Part shown: one piece after another, positions 45,972 through 54,631 of the stretch | Numbering within the stretch: position 1 is the stretch's first letter | Layout: each line of letters begins with the position of its first letter | Assembly (NCBI GenBank): GCA_039922495.1 | Contig: JBDTEO010000015.1 | Location: 844-64,843 of the forward strand | Source of the DNA: Candidatus Dormibacter sp. | Lineage (GTDB): Bacteria > Chloroflexota > Dormibacteria > CF-121 | DNA length: 64,000 nt | Direction of reading: 5' to 3' | Position numbers and translations under genes: made by a program | Notes under the pieces: generated by a model | Told to the model about the DNA's origin: nothing | The model's input: only the letters and a program-made list of their open reading frames with translations | The model's database searches: none

Positions 45972-46960
45972 GTTTTCCCACAGAACGGCCCCGGCGACTG
46001 CGATCGCGATCGGCGCTGCGGCGGCTCACGCGGGAAACGCGGATCGCGCCCGACAACCTGGTCTACCCGCTCTTCGTCCGTGAGGGCCTTGCGGAGCCGG
46101 CCGGGTTGGACGCCATGCCCGGCCAGTTTCAGCACACGCTCGATTCGCTGACCCGCGAGGTTGAGGCGGCGCTGATGGTCGGCGTGCGGAGCGTGATCTT
46201 GTTCGGCATCCCGGCGCAGAAGGATGCCGAGGGATCGTCCGCCTGGGATGATGACGGCATTGTCCAGCAGGCGCTCCGCGCGTTGCGCGCGGCATTTGGC
46301 CCGGAGCTCCTGCTGATTGCCGACCTCTGTCTCTGCGAGTACACCGATCACGGCCATTGCGGCGTCCTCGAGGGGGAGTCGGTGGCCAACGATCCCACGC
46401 TCCGGCTCTACGAGCGGATCGCCCTCTCCCAGGCGGCCGCCGGTGCCGACGTCCTGGCGCCCTCGGGCATGATGGACGGCCAGGTGCAGGCGATCCGCGC
46501 AGCGCTGGACCGCGAGGGATTCGAGGACCGCGCGATCCTGGCCTATGCGGCGAAGTACGCCTCGGCCTTTTATGGCCCGTTTCGCGAGGCGGCCGGGTCG
46601 GCCCCACGCCGCGGCGACCGCCGCGGCTACCAGATGGATCCCGGAAACACCCGCGAGGCGGTGCGTGAAGCGCGGCTCGACGTGGCGGAGGGCGCGGACG
46701 TCGTCATGGTCAAACCGGCGCTCGCCTGCCTCGATGTGATTCGGGCGGTGGCGGAGTCGACCGATGTGCCGGTCGCGGCGTACAACGTCAGTGGCGAGTT
46801 CGCGATGGTCAAGGCGGCGGCGGCAAATGGATGGCTCGACGAGCGGCGGGTGATCCGCGAGGTGCTGCTGGGGATCCGGCGCGCCGGGGCGCAAATGATC
46901 CTGACCTACCACGCCCGCGAGGCCGCCACCGAGATGCCCTGCTGGGAGGACCTCGCGTGA
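45968..46960 (+). CDS. hemB: porphobilinogen synthase (delta-aminolevulinate dehydratase)
   Basis: ERPRRLR...LVYPLFV; active-site Lys context VMVKPA; ATGA overlap with hemCD. Confidence 0.9.
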   Translation: MSFPTERPRRLRSRSALRRLTRETRIAPDNLVYPLFVREGLAEPAGLDAMPGQFQHTLDSLTREVEAALMVGVRSVILFGIPAQKDAEGSSAWDDDGIVQQALRALRAAFGPELLLIADLCLCEYTDHGHCGVLEGESVANDPTLRLYERIALSQAAAGADVLAPSGMMDGQVQAIRAALDREGFEDRAILAYAAKYASAFYGPFREAAGSAPRRGDRRGYQMDPGNTREAVREARLDVAEGADVVMVKPALACLDVIRAVAESTDVPVAAYNVSGEFAMVKAAAANGWLDERRVIREVLLGIRRAGAQMILTYHAREAATEMPCWEDLA

Positions 46961-47685
46961 GCCAGCGTCCGACGCGACCCGTGCCGGTGATGCTGGCCAC
47001 GCTTGCGGTGGTCCTGGTGGCTATACTCGGGTTCGCCATTTATGTGGGACGAAACGTCGGTGGATCAACCAGCACCGCGGGCGGAAGCCCGTCAGCGTCG
47101 CCCAGCGCGAGCGGGAGCGCCAGCGTGAGCGCGACGGGCTCGGGGCCCGCCTGCAGCGGCTTGCAGTTTGGGCCGCAGCTGCAGGAGACACCCGGCAATG
47201 CCGGCAAACGCAGCTTCGGCGCGCCACCGGCGATGGCGATCAATCCGGCGCACCACTTCCTGGTGACGGTGAGGACGACCAAGGGAGACATCATCCTCTG
47301 CCTCGACCCGCAACTGGCCCCCAACACGGTCAACAACTTTGTCTTTTTGACCCGAAACGGCTTTTACAACGGGCTGACGTTCCACCGGGTGGTCGCCGAC
47401 TTCGTGATCCAGGGTGGAGACCCACAGGGAACCGGCTCGGGTGGGCCCGGCTACAAGTTCAACGATGAGCCCGTCAAGGGTGCCTACACCGCCGGCGCGG
47501 TGGCGATGGCGAACTCGGGTCCGAATACGAACGGGAGCCAGTTCTTCATCTGCACCGTGGACGACACCGCCAAGCTCCAGAAGCTGTACAACCTGTTCGG
47601 GTACGTGCAGAGCGGGATGCCGGTCGTGCTTCAAATCAAGCAGGGCGACATCATGATCTCGGTTACCGTCCAGGAACAGGCCTAG
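46957..47685 (+). CDS. membrane-anchored cyclophilin-type peptidyl-prolyl cis-trans isomerase
   Basis: GTG overlapping the hemB TGA (GTGA); TM anchor; Ser-rich linker; cyclophilin core FHRVVADFVIQGGDP...GSQFFI. Confidence 0.8.
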   Translation: MSQRPTRPVPVMLATLAVVLVAILGFAIYVGRNVGGSTSTAGGSPSASPSASGSASVSATGSGPACSGLQFGPQLQETPGNAGKRSFGAPPAMAINPAHHFLVTVRTTKGDIILCLDPQLAPNTVNNFVFLTRNGFYNGLTFHRVVADFVIQGGDPQGTGSGGPGYKFNDEPVKGAYTAGAVAMANSGPNTNGSQFFICTVDDTAKLQKLYNLFGYVQSGMPVVLQIKQGDIMISVTVQEQA

Positions 47686-47765
47686 GTCCTCGGACTCCCT
47701 CTCAGGGTGGTCTCAGGATTGGGGACGGAACCGCAGTATAATCGAGCTGCCGGCAGCGGCATCCC

Positions 47766-48062
47766 ATGATTCCTGGTCACTGGTACGTCCTCCTCCTGAT
47801 CCTGGTCATCGTGCTGATCTTCTGGGGCCCGGGCAAGCTTCCCGAGATCGGCAGCGCTGTGGGCAAGGCGATGCACGAATTTCGGAAACAGTCGACGGAC
47901 TTCCAGGAGGAGATCCGGCGCAGCGCGGCGTCGAATCCCGAACCCCAGACCTACCACCCGACCGACGGGGCCCCGCTCTCGCCCAGCCCCGCGCCCGACA
48001 GCAAGCCGGCGACCCCCACCGCCGACGGCAACCCGGCAGCGACGCCCGACGTCAAGTCCTGA
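47766..48062 (+). CDS. tatA: twin-arginine translocase subunit TatA/E
   Basis: TM helix plus FGPxKLPxxG-type motif (FWGPGKLPEIGSAVGKAM); Pro-rich tail. Confidence 0.8.
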   Translation: MIPGHWYVLLLILVIVLIFWGPGKLPEIGSAVGKAMHEFRKQSTDFQEEIRRSAASNPEPQTYHPTDGAPLSPSPAPDSKPATPTADGNPAATPDVKS

Positions 48063-48095
48063 CCCTTCCGTTCGCACGGGCGTGTAAGGAGAGCA

Positions 48096-48836
48096 ATGGC
48101 CAAGCCTAAGCTGGTCCACCCGGGCGACGAGCGGCAAATGACCGTGATCGAGCATCTGGAGGAGCTCCGCCGGGTGCTGATCGTTTCGATGATCGCCTGG
48201 ATGGCCGGCACGGTCGTCGGGTTCATCATCTCGGGCTTTGTCCTGCAGTTGATCCTCGGGCCGATCAAATCCGTGATGGGCGCCGCGAAGCCGCTGTATT
48301 TCACCGGGCCGATCGATAAGTTTTTCCTGTACTTCAAGGTCGGGATCGCTACCGGCTTCATCGTCGCGAGTCCGGTGATTCTGTGGCAGGTCTGGACCTT
48401 TGTCGCCCCGGGCCTGCGCCGGAACGAGCGCCGGTTCGCGGTCGGCTTCGTCGGCTCCGCCGTGGTGTTGTTTGCAATGGGCATCGGGTTCGCCTTCTTC
48501 GCCATGCCGATCGCGCTGCGATTCCTGGTCAATTTCGGAACGAGCAACATCCAGTACTTCCCCCTGGCGGATCGCTACATCAATTTCGTGCTGCTCCTGG
48601 TGGTCATCTTCGGCATCACCTTCGAGCTGCCGCTGGCCATGACCATGCTAGGCCTGGCGGGGATCGTCAGCGCCCGCTACCTGTCCCGGAATCGATTCAA
48701 ATTCTGGCTCGGGATCTTCGCCGGCGCGAACATGGTGACGCCGGGGGTCGACCCCTTTACGCCCGCCTTGCTGACGGCGCCCTTGATCATCCTGTTCGAA
48801 ATCGGCATCCTGGTCATCCGCGCTCTGCGAAGATAG
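48096..48836 (+). CDS. tatC: twin-arginine translocase subunit TatC
   Basis: MTVIEHLEELRRVL N-terminus; 6 TM. Confidence 0.85.
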   Translation: MAKPKLVHPGDERQMTVIEHLEELRRVLIVSMIAWMAGTVVGFIISGFVLQLILGPIKSVMGAAKPLYFTGPIDKFFLYFKVGIATGFIVASPVILWQVWTFVAPGLRRNERRFAVGFVGSAVVLFAMGIGFAFFAMPIALRFLVNFGTSNIQYFPLADRYINFVLLLVVIFGITFELPLAMTMLGLAGIVSARYLSRNRFKFWLGIFAGANMVTPGVDPFTPALLTAPLIILFEIGILVIRALRR

Positions 48837-48842
48837 ACGGCG

Positions 48843-49571
48843 TTGGCTCAAACACGACCCGACGGCCGGGCGACCGACCAGCTCCGGCCGGTGACGATCG
48901 AAACCGGTGTCAACCTCTATGCCGAGGGCTCGGCACTGATCAACATGGGCGACACGCGTGTGTTGTGCACCGCCAGTTGGGACGACAAGCCGCCTCCGCA
49001 TAAGAAGGGCACCGGCGAGGGCTGGGTCACGGCGGAGTACTCGATGCTCCCCCGGGCGACGCAGCAGCGCACGATGCGCGAGTCACGGACCGGCCGCGTC
49101 GACGGCCGAACGCAAGAGATCCAGCGACTCATAGGACGGGCGCTCCGCGCGGCGATCGACATGCCGCTGATGGGGGAGAAGACGATCATGGTGGATTGCG
49201 ACGTCCTGCAGGCCGATGGCGGCACGCGGACGGCGTCGATCACCGGCGGCTTCGTCGCGCTCTATCTTGCGCTGCAGAAGGCGATGGAGCGCAAGCAACT
49301 GCGGGTGTTGCCGATCCGGCATTTTGTCTCGGCGATCAGCGTGGGGATCGTCCAGGGGCAACCGCGACTCGATTTGAATTACCTCGAAGACTTCGCCGCC
49401 CAGACCGACATGAACTGCGTGGTGGCCGAGGACGGCCGGTTCATCGAGATCCAGGGCACGGCCGAGCAGGAACCCTTCGCGCGCGAGGAGATGGACCAGC
49501 TCTTGAAACTGGCGATCAAGGGGACCCATGAGCTGGTCGAAGCGCAGAAGAAGGCCTTGAAACTGCGCTGA
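48843..49571 (+). CDS. rph: ribonuclease PH
   Basis: [41 protein letters not shown] is a near-canonical RNase PH N-terminus. Confidence 0.9.
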   Translation: [242 protein letters not shown]

Positions 49572-50176
49572 GACAACTGCTGCTCGCGACCAACAATGCA
49601 GGGAAGCTGGCGGAGTTGCGCGCGCTCCTGGCGGATCTACAGATGGAGCTTGTCAGCCCCGCCGAGGCCGGGATCACGTTGGACGTCGACGAGGACGGCG
49701 CGACCTACGCCGCCAACGCCCGAAAGAAAGCGGAAATGGGCGTCCGTTTGAGCAAGCTGCCAGCCGTCGGCGACGATTCCGGCATGGAGGTGGCGGCGCT
49801 CGATGGGAGGCCCGGCGTCCACTCGGCGCGCTTTGCCGGGGCGGAAAAGAAGGGGCAGAGCGACGCCCTGATCCGTGCCGTACTGGACGCGCTCGGCGAT
49901 GCTGCGCGCGCGGCGCCGGCGGCGGTGTATCGATGTGTGGCGGTGATCGCCCTCCCCGACGGGCGAACCTTTGAGGGCGAGGGGATCCTGGCGGGCACGA
50001 TCGCGGCGGAGCCGCGTGGGCGCGGGGGCTTCGGCTACGACCCGATCTTTCAACTGGCGGACGGCCGCCGGATGGCGGAGCTGACCATCGAGGAGAAAAA
50101 CCTGCTCAGTCACCGCGCGCGTGCGCTCAATGCGCTCGAGGTCCATGGCGCGTTCGACGCGGCGATGACGTGCTGA
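49568..50176 (+). CDS. rdgB: dITP/XTP pyrophosphatase (RdgB/Ham1). The conserved N-terminus lies upstream of the first canonical start.
   Basis: TTG at 49616 would start at RALLADLQ, removing the LLLATNNAGKLAEL N-terminus. The frame is open to a CTG at 49568 that overlaps the rph stop (CTGA). Confidence 0.7.
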   Translation: MRQLLLATNNAGKLAELRALLADLQMELVSPAEAGITLDVDEDGATYAANARKKAEMGVRLSKLPAVGDDSGMEVAALDGRPGVHSARFAGAEKKGQSDALIRAVLDALGDAARAAPAAVYRCVAVIALPDGRTFEGEGILAGTIAAEPRGRGGFGYDPIFQLADGRRMAELTIEEKNLLSHRARALNALEVHGAFDAAMTC

Positions 50177-51093
50177 GGGCGTCCTTCCTGTATCTCTCGC
50201 ATCGACGGGGGCTGCAGCGGTTTGTCACCGGGCAGCGGTTGACGGCATCGCTCGCCTATCGGTTTGTCGCGGGTGACCACCTCGAGGACGCGGTGCGGGT
50301 AGTTCAAACGATCAATGGTCGAGGTTCCAGCGCCAGTCTCGACCACCTCGGGGAGAACGTCAGCCAGGAACGGGAGGCGCGCGCGGCCACGGACGACTAC
50401 CTGGCGGCCTTCGAGCGGATCGCGGCCGAGCGGTTGGACGCCAATGTCTCGGTCAAGCTGACGCAGCTGGGCCTGGATATTTCGCCCGCGCTCTGCCGGG
50501 AGTTGCTCGAGCGGGTGCTGGCGCGGGCGAGGGAGCTGAACAATTTTGTCCGGATCGACATGGAGGGGTCCGCTTACACACAGCGGACGCTGGATCTGGT
50601 GCTCGAGATGCACGAGCGGTACGCCAACTGTGGGGTGGTGTTACAGAGTTACCTCTATCGCACCCTTGGGGATGTCAAGCGCGCCAACGTGGCGCGGGTG
50701 CGGGTTCGGCTCGTGAAGGGGGCCTACGACGAGCCGGAGACCGTGGCCTATCCAAGGAAGGTCGATGTCGACGCCCACTATGCGGAAGCGATGCGGGAGC
50801 TGTTACGCGAGGGTGTGTACCCGGCGATCGCCACCCACGACGACCGGCTGATCGACGCGACGATCCAGGTGGCGCGCCAGCAAGGCCTGGCGGCCGACCG
50901 ATTTGAGTTTCAGCTCCTGTACGGGATCCGGCGTGATTTGCAGGAGCGGCTGTTGCGTGAGGGGTACCGCGTCAGGATCTATGTGCCGTACGGGACGGAG
51001 TGGTATCCGTACCTGATGCGCAGGCTCGCGGAGCGGCCGGCCAACCTACTGTTTATCGTCCGGAGTGTTCTGCGGGAGCGCCGGGCCGCCTGA
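50170..51093 (+). CDS. proline dehydrogenase (PutA catalytic-domain-like, monofunctional)
   Basis: GTG overlapping the rdgB stop; PRODH (beta/alpha)8 signatures (VKLTQLGLDI, VRLVKGAY, YGTEWYPYLMRRLAERPANL). Confidence 0.8.
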   Translation: MLRASFLYLSHRRGLQRFVTGQRLTASLAYRFVAGDHLEDAVRVVQTINGRGSSASLDHLGENVSQEREARAATDDYLAAFERIAAERLDANVSVKLTQLGLDISPALCRELLERVLARARELNNFVRIDMEGSAYTQRTLDLVLEMHERYANCGVVLQSYLYRTLGDVKRANVARVRVRLVKGAYDEPETVAYPRKVDVDAHYAEAMRELLREGVYPAIATHDDRLIDATIQVARQQGLAADRFEFQLLYGIRRDLQERLLREGYRVRIYVPYGTEWYPYLMRRLAERPANLLFIVRSVLRERRAA

Positions 51094-51315
51094 GTCTTCG
51101 TCGATCGACCGGCCGGAGGCAAACTCGACCTTGGCCTGCGGCGGGGGCGGCACCCGGTGGCCAAAGATCCCGCCGAACCACATCAGCATGCCGAAGGCGG
51201 TGCCGCGGAATTCGCTCTTGCGCCAGGCTTCGGTGTATCGATACTGGTGAAACCAGCGAAACGCGGCGATGGCAGCGATCACAATCAGGATACTGAGGGC
51301 GATAACGATCGGCAC
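51046..51315 (-). CDS. small hypothetical membrane protein
   Basis: 89 aa; N-terminal TM (IVIALSILIVIAAIAAF); convergent with the proline dehydrogenase gene. Confidence 0.35.
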   Translation of the reverse strand: MPIVIALSILIVIAAIAAFRWFHQYRYTEAWRKSEFRGTAFGMLMWFGGIFGHRVPPPPQAKVEFASGRSIDEDSGGPALPQNTPDDKQ

Positions 51316-51346
51316 GGGTTAATGGTCGCACGTACAATGCACGCTG

Positions 51347-51422
51347 CGGGGCGTAGCGTAGCCTGGCTTAACGCGCACGCTTTGGGAGCGTGAGAACTCG
51401 GGTTCGAATCCCGACGCCCCGA
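51347..51422 (+). tRNA. tRNA-Pro (anticodon TGG), 76 nt, CCA not encoded
   Basis: Acceptor CGGGGCG/CGCCCCG; anticodon stem-loop CACGC-TTTGGGA-GCGTG; T-arm TCGGG-TTCGAAT-CCCGA; discriminator A. Confidence 0.9.
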
Positions 51423-51893
51423 TTCCCCCGCGGTCTTAGCCTCCGGCTCGCCCCATTCGGTTCGGAATCTCCGCCCATCCGCTCGGCGACTCCACACCGC
51501 GAATCCAGCCCGTCCCCTTGCATCCCGCAGCGAGCCCCGGATAGGCCGCCGGCGCGATCCTCGTACCCTGCCGGGTGATGATGTCCGCCGCCCTGGTGTG
51601 GGCGATCCAGATATGCCGGCACGGCGCATCGCAGGTGTAAACGCCCGGATCCCCGACCGCCTCGCCCGGGAGAAATTCCTTCGCCACGGTCGCAAGCATA
51701 AACGTTCGAACAAAACGGCCCAGTTTCAGGTTGGCCCAATGCGAGCTTCCGTCTGCCGGATCTCGTGTCTGTCATCGTCGAGTACGACCCGGATGGCACC
51801 TTGAAGGTCGTTTACGTATCCGAAGGCACGACTCTCAAAGACTCGCGCGGATATCCCGACATCCGCGATATCTAAACCCGAGCCATCGGGCTT

Positions 51894-53366
51894 TCAACCG
51901 CTGGGTACTGGCGTGACCTGGGTAGCTGAAGAGAGCGCCTTGAACGTATGCGCCAGCTGCGCATACCGCGCGGCGAATTCCGGGTTAGGCTCGATTACCT
52001 CAGCTAGGCGCAGCGCGCGATGGCTCGCGTCGTCGACATCGCGATAGACGCCGGCGGCCACCCCGGCCAGGAGCGCCGCCCCCAGCGCAGGGCCTTCATC
52101 AACCGCCAGCGATTCGACCGGTAGATTGAACATGTCGGCCTGCATCTGGCGCCACGCCTGGCTTCGCGCGCCGCCGCCCGTGGCGCGCACCCGCTCGAGC
52201 GAGACCCCGAGACCCCGCATCATCTCCAGTCCGTCGCGAAGGCTGAAGATCACGCCTTCCATCAGGGCCCTGGTCAAATGCGCTCGCGTGTGATGGGCTC
52301 GGAGTCCCACAAACGCACCGCGTGCCTGGGGATTTCGGTGTGGTGTTCGCTCGCCGCTGAGATAGGGAAGGAAGAACAGGCCGTCGGCGCCAATGGGGGC
52401 GGTCCCGGCCAATGCTGCCAACTGGTCATAGTCGACGCCGGCATCGAGCAGGTCACGCCACCAGCGCAGCACAGCGCCGGCCGCTAGCGTCACCGCCATC
52501 AGGTGGTAGCAGCCGGGCACCGCGGAGCAGAAGGTATGCACCCGTCCCGATGGATCCGGCGCCGGACCGTCGCGATGCGCAAAGAGCACGCCGCTGGTCC
52601 CGATCGATGAACTGATGACCCCGCTCCGCACGATCCCGGTCGCGATCGCTGCCGCGGCGCGGTCCCCCGCGCCGGCGGCGACCGGTAAGCCGGTCGGCAG
52701 CCCCAGGTCGGCGGCGACCGAGGGCCGTAGTCCGCCGGTGATGGTCGCGCTCTCGCTGACGGTCGGCAACCAGTCGATCGGAATCTCCAGCGCATCGAGG
52801 ATCTCCTGCGACCACCGCCGCCCTTTCAAGTCCAGCAACAGGGTGCCCGATGCGTCGGCGACATCCGTGGCCAGCTCTCCGGTCAGCCGGAGCCGCACAT
52901 AGTCCTTTGGGAGCAACACTCGCCGCACATGCCGGTACTGGACCGGCTCGACGTCCCGCAGCCAGAGGACCTTCGGCGCCTGGAAGGCGGTGAGCGCGGG
53001 GTTGCCGGTGACCGCGATCAAGCGCTCTTTGCCCACCCGAGCGGTGATCTCCTCGCATTGCGCGCCGGTCCGCTGGTCGTTCCAGAGCAAGGCCGGGCGG
53101 ACCACGGCGCCACCCTGGTTGAGAAACACCGAGCCATGCATCTGCCCGGTCAGCCCGAGCGCGGTGACCTCGCCTTGAACCTCGCCGGCGACCTGACGCA
53201 GCACCGCCTGCGCAGCGGCCCACCAGTCCTCGGGGTCTTGCTCGGTCCATCCCGGTCGCGGCGTCAGCGTTCGATAGCTGGCGGCCGCCGAGGCGACCAC
53301 CGACCCTGACTCGTCGATGGCGAGGGCCCAGGCGCCGGTGGTACCGACCTCGAGCCCGAGCAGCAC
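51894..53366 (-). CDS. FGGY-family carbohydrate kinase (xylulokinase-like)
   Basis: MLLGLEVGTTGAWA N-terminus; xylulokinase-like core; stop overlaps the downstream start. Confidence 0.85.
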   Translation of the reverse strand: MLLGLEVGTTGAWALAIDESGSVVASAAASYRTLTPRPGWTEQDPEDWWAAAQAVLRQVAGEVQGEVTALGLTGQMHGSVFLNQGGAVVRPALLWNDQRTGAQCEEITARVGKERLIAVTGNPALTAFQAPKVLWLRDVEPVQYRHVRRVLLPKDYVRLRLTGELATDVADASGTLLLDLKGRRWSQEILDALEIPIDWLPTVSESATITGGLRPSVAADLGLPTGLPVAAGAGDRAAAAIATGIVRSGVISSSIGTSGVLFAHRDGPAPDPSGRVHTFCSAVPGCYHLMAVTLAAGAVLRWWRDLLDAGVDYDQLAALAGTAPIGADGLFFLPYLSGERTPHRNPQARGAFVGLRAHHTRAHLTRALMEGVIFSLRDGLEMMRGLGVSLERVRATGGGARSQAWRQMQADMFNLPVESLAVDEGPALGAALLAGVAAGVYRDVDDASHRALRLAEVIEPNPEFAARYAQLAHTFKALSSATQVTPVPSG

Positions 53367-54631
53367 TAGCCGGCGGAGGAGGCGGCCACAGCCAGTTGCT
53401 GCGTCCAGTGGTAGCCACCGTCGGTGGTCGCGTCGATCACCGTGTCGCCATTGGCGTTGCGCGTGAGGACCCAGCCGCTGCTGACGCTGACGAAGGCGGC
53501 CCCATAGGTCTCGGAGGCATTATCGATGCGCCCGGTCCGGCGTAGGGTGGCACCGCCGCCATTGGCAACGATGCAGGCGGCGATGTTGGTGGCCGGTCCG
53601 TCGCCGATGAAGACGGCATCCAGCGGATCCACGACGCTAAAGCTACCTGGGTGCGTATCCGGTCCGGCGGGGACGCCCGGGAGCTGGTTCCCGATCGTGA
53701 AGGGCTCGGTCATCACGGTGCGCCAGCTGTTGCCGTCCTGGGTCGCATACACGACGTAGGGCAGATGGCCGGCAGCGCCGTTCTCCACCGTTTCCAGCAC
53801 CCACGCGGCGGACGGACCCGCACACTCGATCCGGGTCCGCTTCCCCACGGAATCAACACTGGGACTGGCGGCGTACATGCTCAAACTCTGGGACCAGCCC
53901 TGACCGCCATCGTTACTCGTGTAGACATAGCCGTTCCGTGTGGCCAGCCAGCCGTGCTTGGGGTCACTGAAGCAGACGCTTTGCGCGTCGGCGGGGCTCG
54001 CGAGAGCGGTCCATGACCGTCCACCATCCGTCGTCGTCACGAGCGTGCCGCCGGCGTCAGGCGAGAGGGTGCCGTGGTCGGGCTGGGCAAACGACCCGCC
54101 CGCGATCCCCCATCCCTGGAGCGCATTGACGAAATGCACGCCGCGCAGCGAGCCGCTCGCCTCGCCGAGCGCGTGCCAGCTGCGTCCGCCGTCCGTTGTT
54201 CCGAGCAGTTCATGGAGGCCGACGACCCAGCCGGTCGTGGTGCTGACGAAGTCCACGCTGACGTAATCGTTGGTCGAGGCATACTGCCGGCTCCAGTGGC
54301 TCCCGTCGGTCGTGGCATAGATCGCGTGCGACCCAGCAACCCAACCAACCGTCGGCGTGACCATCTGGATCGCCGCCAGTGCCGGGACAAAGGTGGGGTC
54401 GGTGTCGGCCGGGGTGGGCGTGGCGGAGGGCGGCGGGCTGGCGTCAGGCGTCGCGGAGGCGGAGGCGGAGGCCGTCGCGGACGGCTGCGCGCTCGCACTG
54501 GCCGTCGAGGTTGCCGATGACGATGGGGTAACAACGCTGGTCGGGGACGCCGTGCAGGCGGCCGCGCTCACGGCGAGGGTGCTGCAGGCGGCGAGGCCGA
54601 TCAGCCGTCGATGAAGAGACCGGCCTGGCAT
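53366..54631 (-). CDS. secreted lipoprotein with BNR/Asp-box beta-propeller repeats (Ycf48-like)
   Basis: Lipobox LAAC; STAP-rich linker; repeated TDGGxSW / SxDGGxxW Asp-box motifs. Confidence 0.7.
   Translation of the reverse strand: MPGRSLHRRLIGLAACSTLAVSAAACTASPTSVVTPSSSATSTASASAQPSATASASASATPDASPPPSATPTPADTDPTFVPALAAIQMVTPTVGWVAGSHAIYATTDGSHWSRQYASTNDYVSVDFVSTTTGWVVGLHELLGTTDGGRSWHALGEASGSLRGVHFVNALQGWGIAGGSFAQPDHGTLSPDAGGTLVTTTDGGRSWTALASPADAQSVCFSDPKHGWLATRNGYVYTSNDGGQGWSQSLSMYAASPSVDSVGKRTRIECAGPSAAWVLETVENGAAGHLPYVVYATQDGNSWRTVMTEPFTIGNQLPGVPAGPDTHPGSFSVVDPLDAVFIGDGPATNIAACIVANGGGATLRRTGRIDNASETYGAAFVSVSSGWVLTRNANGDTVIDATTDGGYHWTQQLAVAASSAG

Noticed and set aside
51423-51893. Integrase or recombinase next to tRNA-Pro.
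   Set aside because: No frame shows the tyrosine-recombinase R..H..R..Y box or serine-recombinase motifs. Only a short DUF2283-like fragment is readable.
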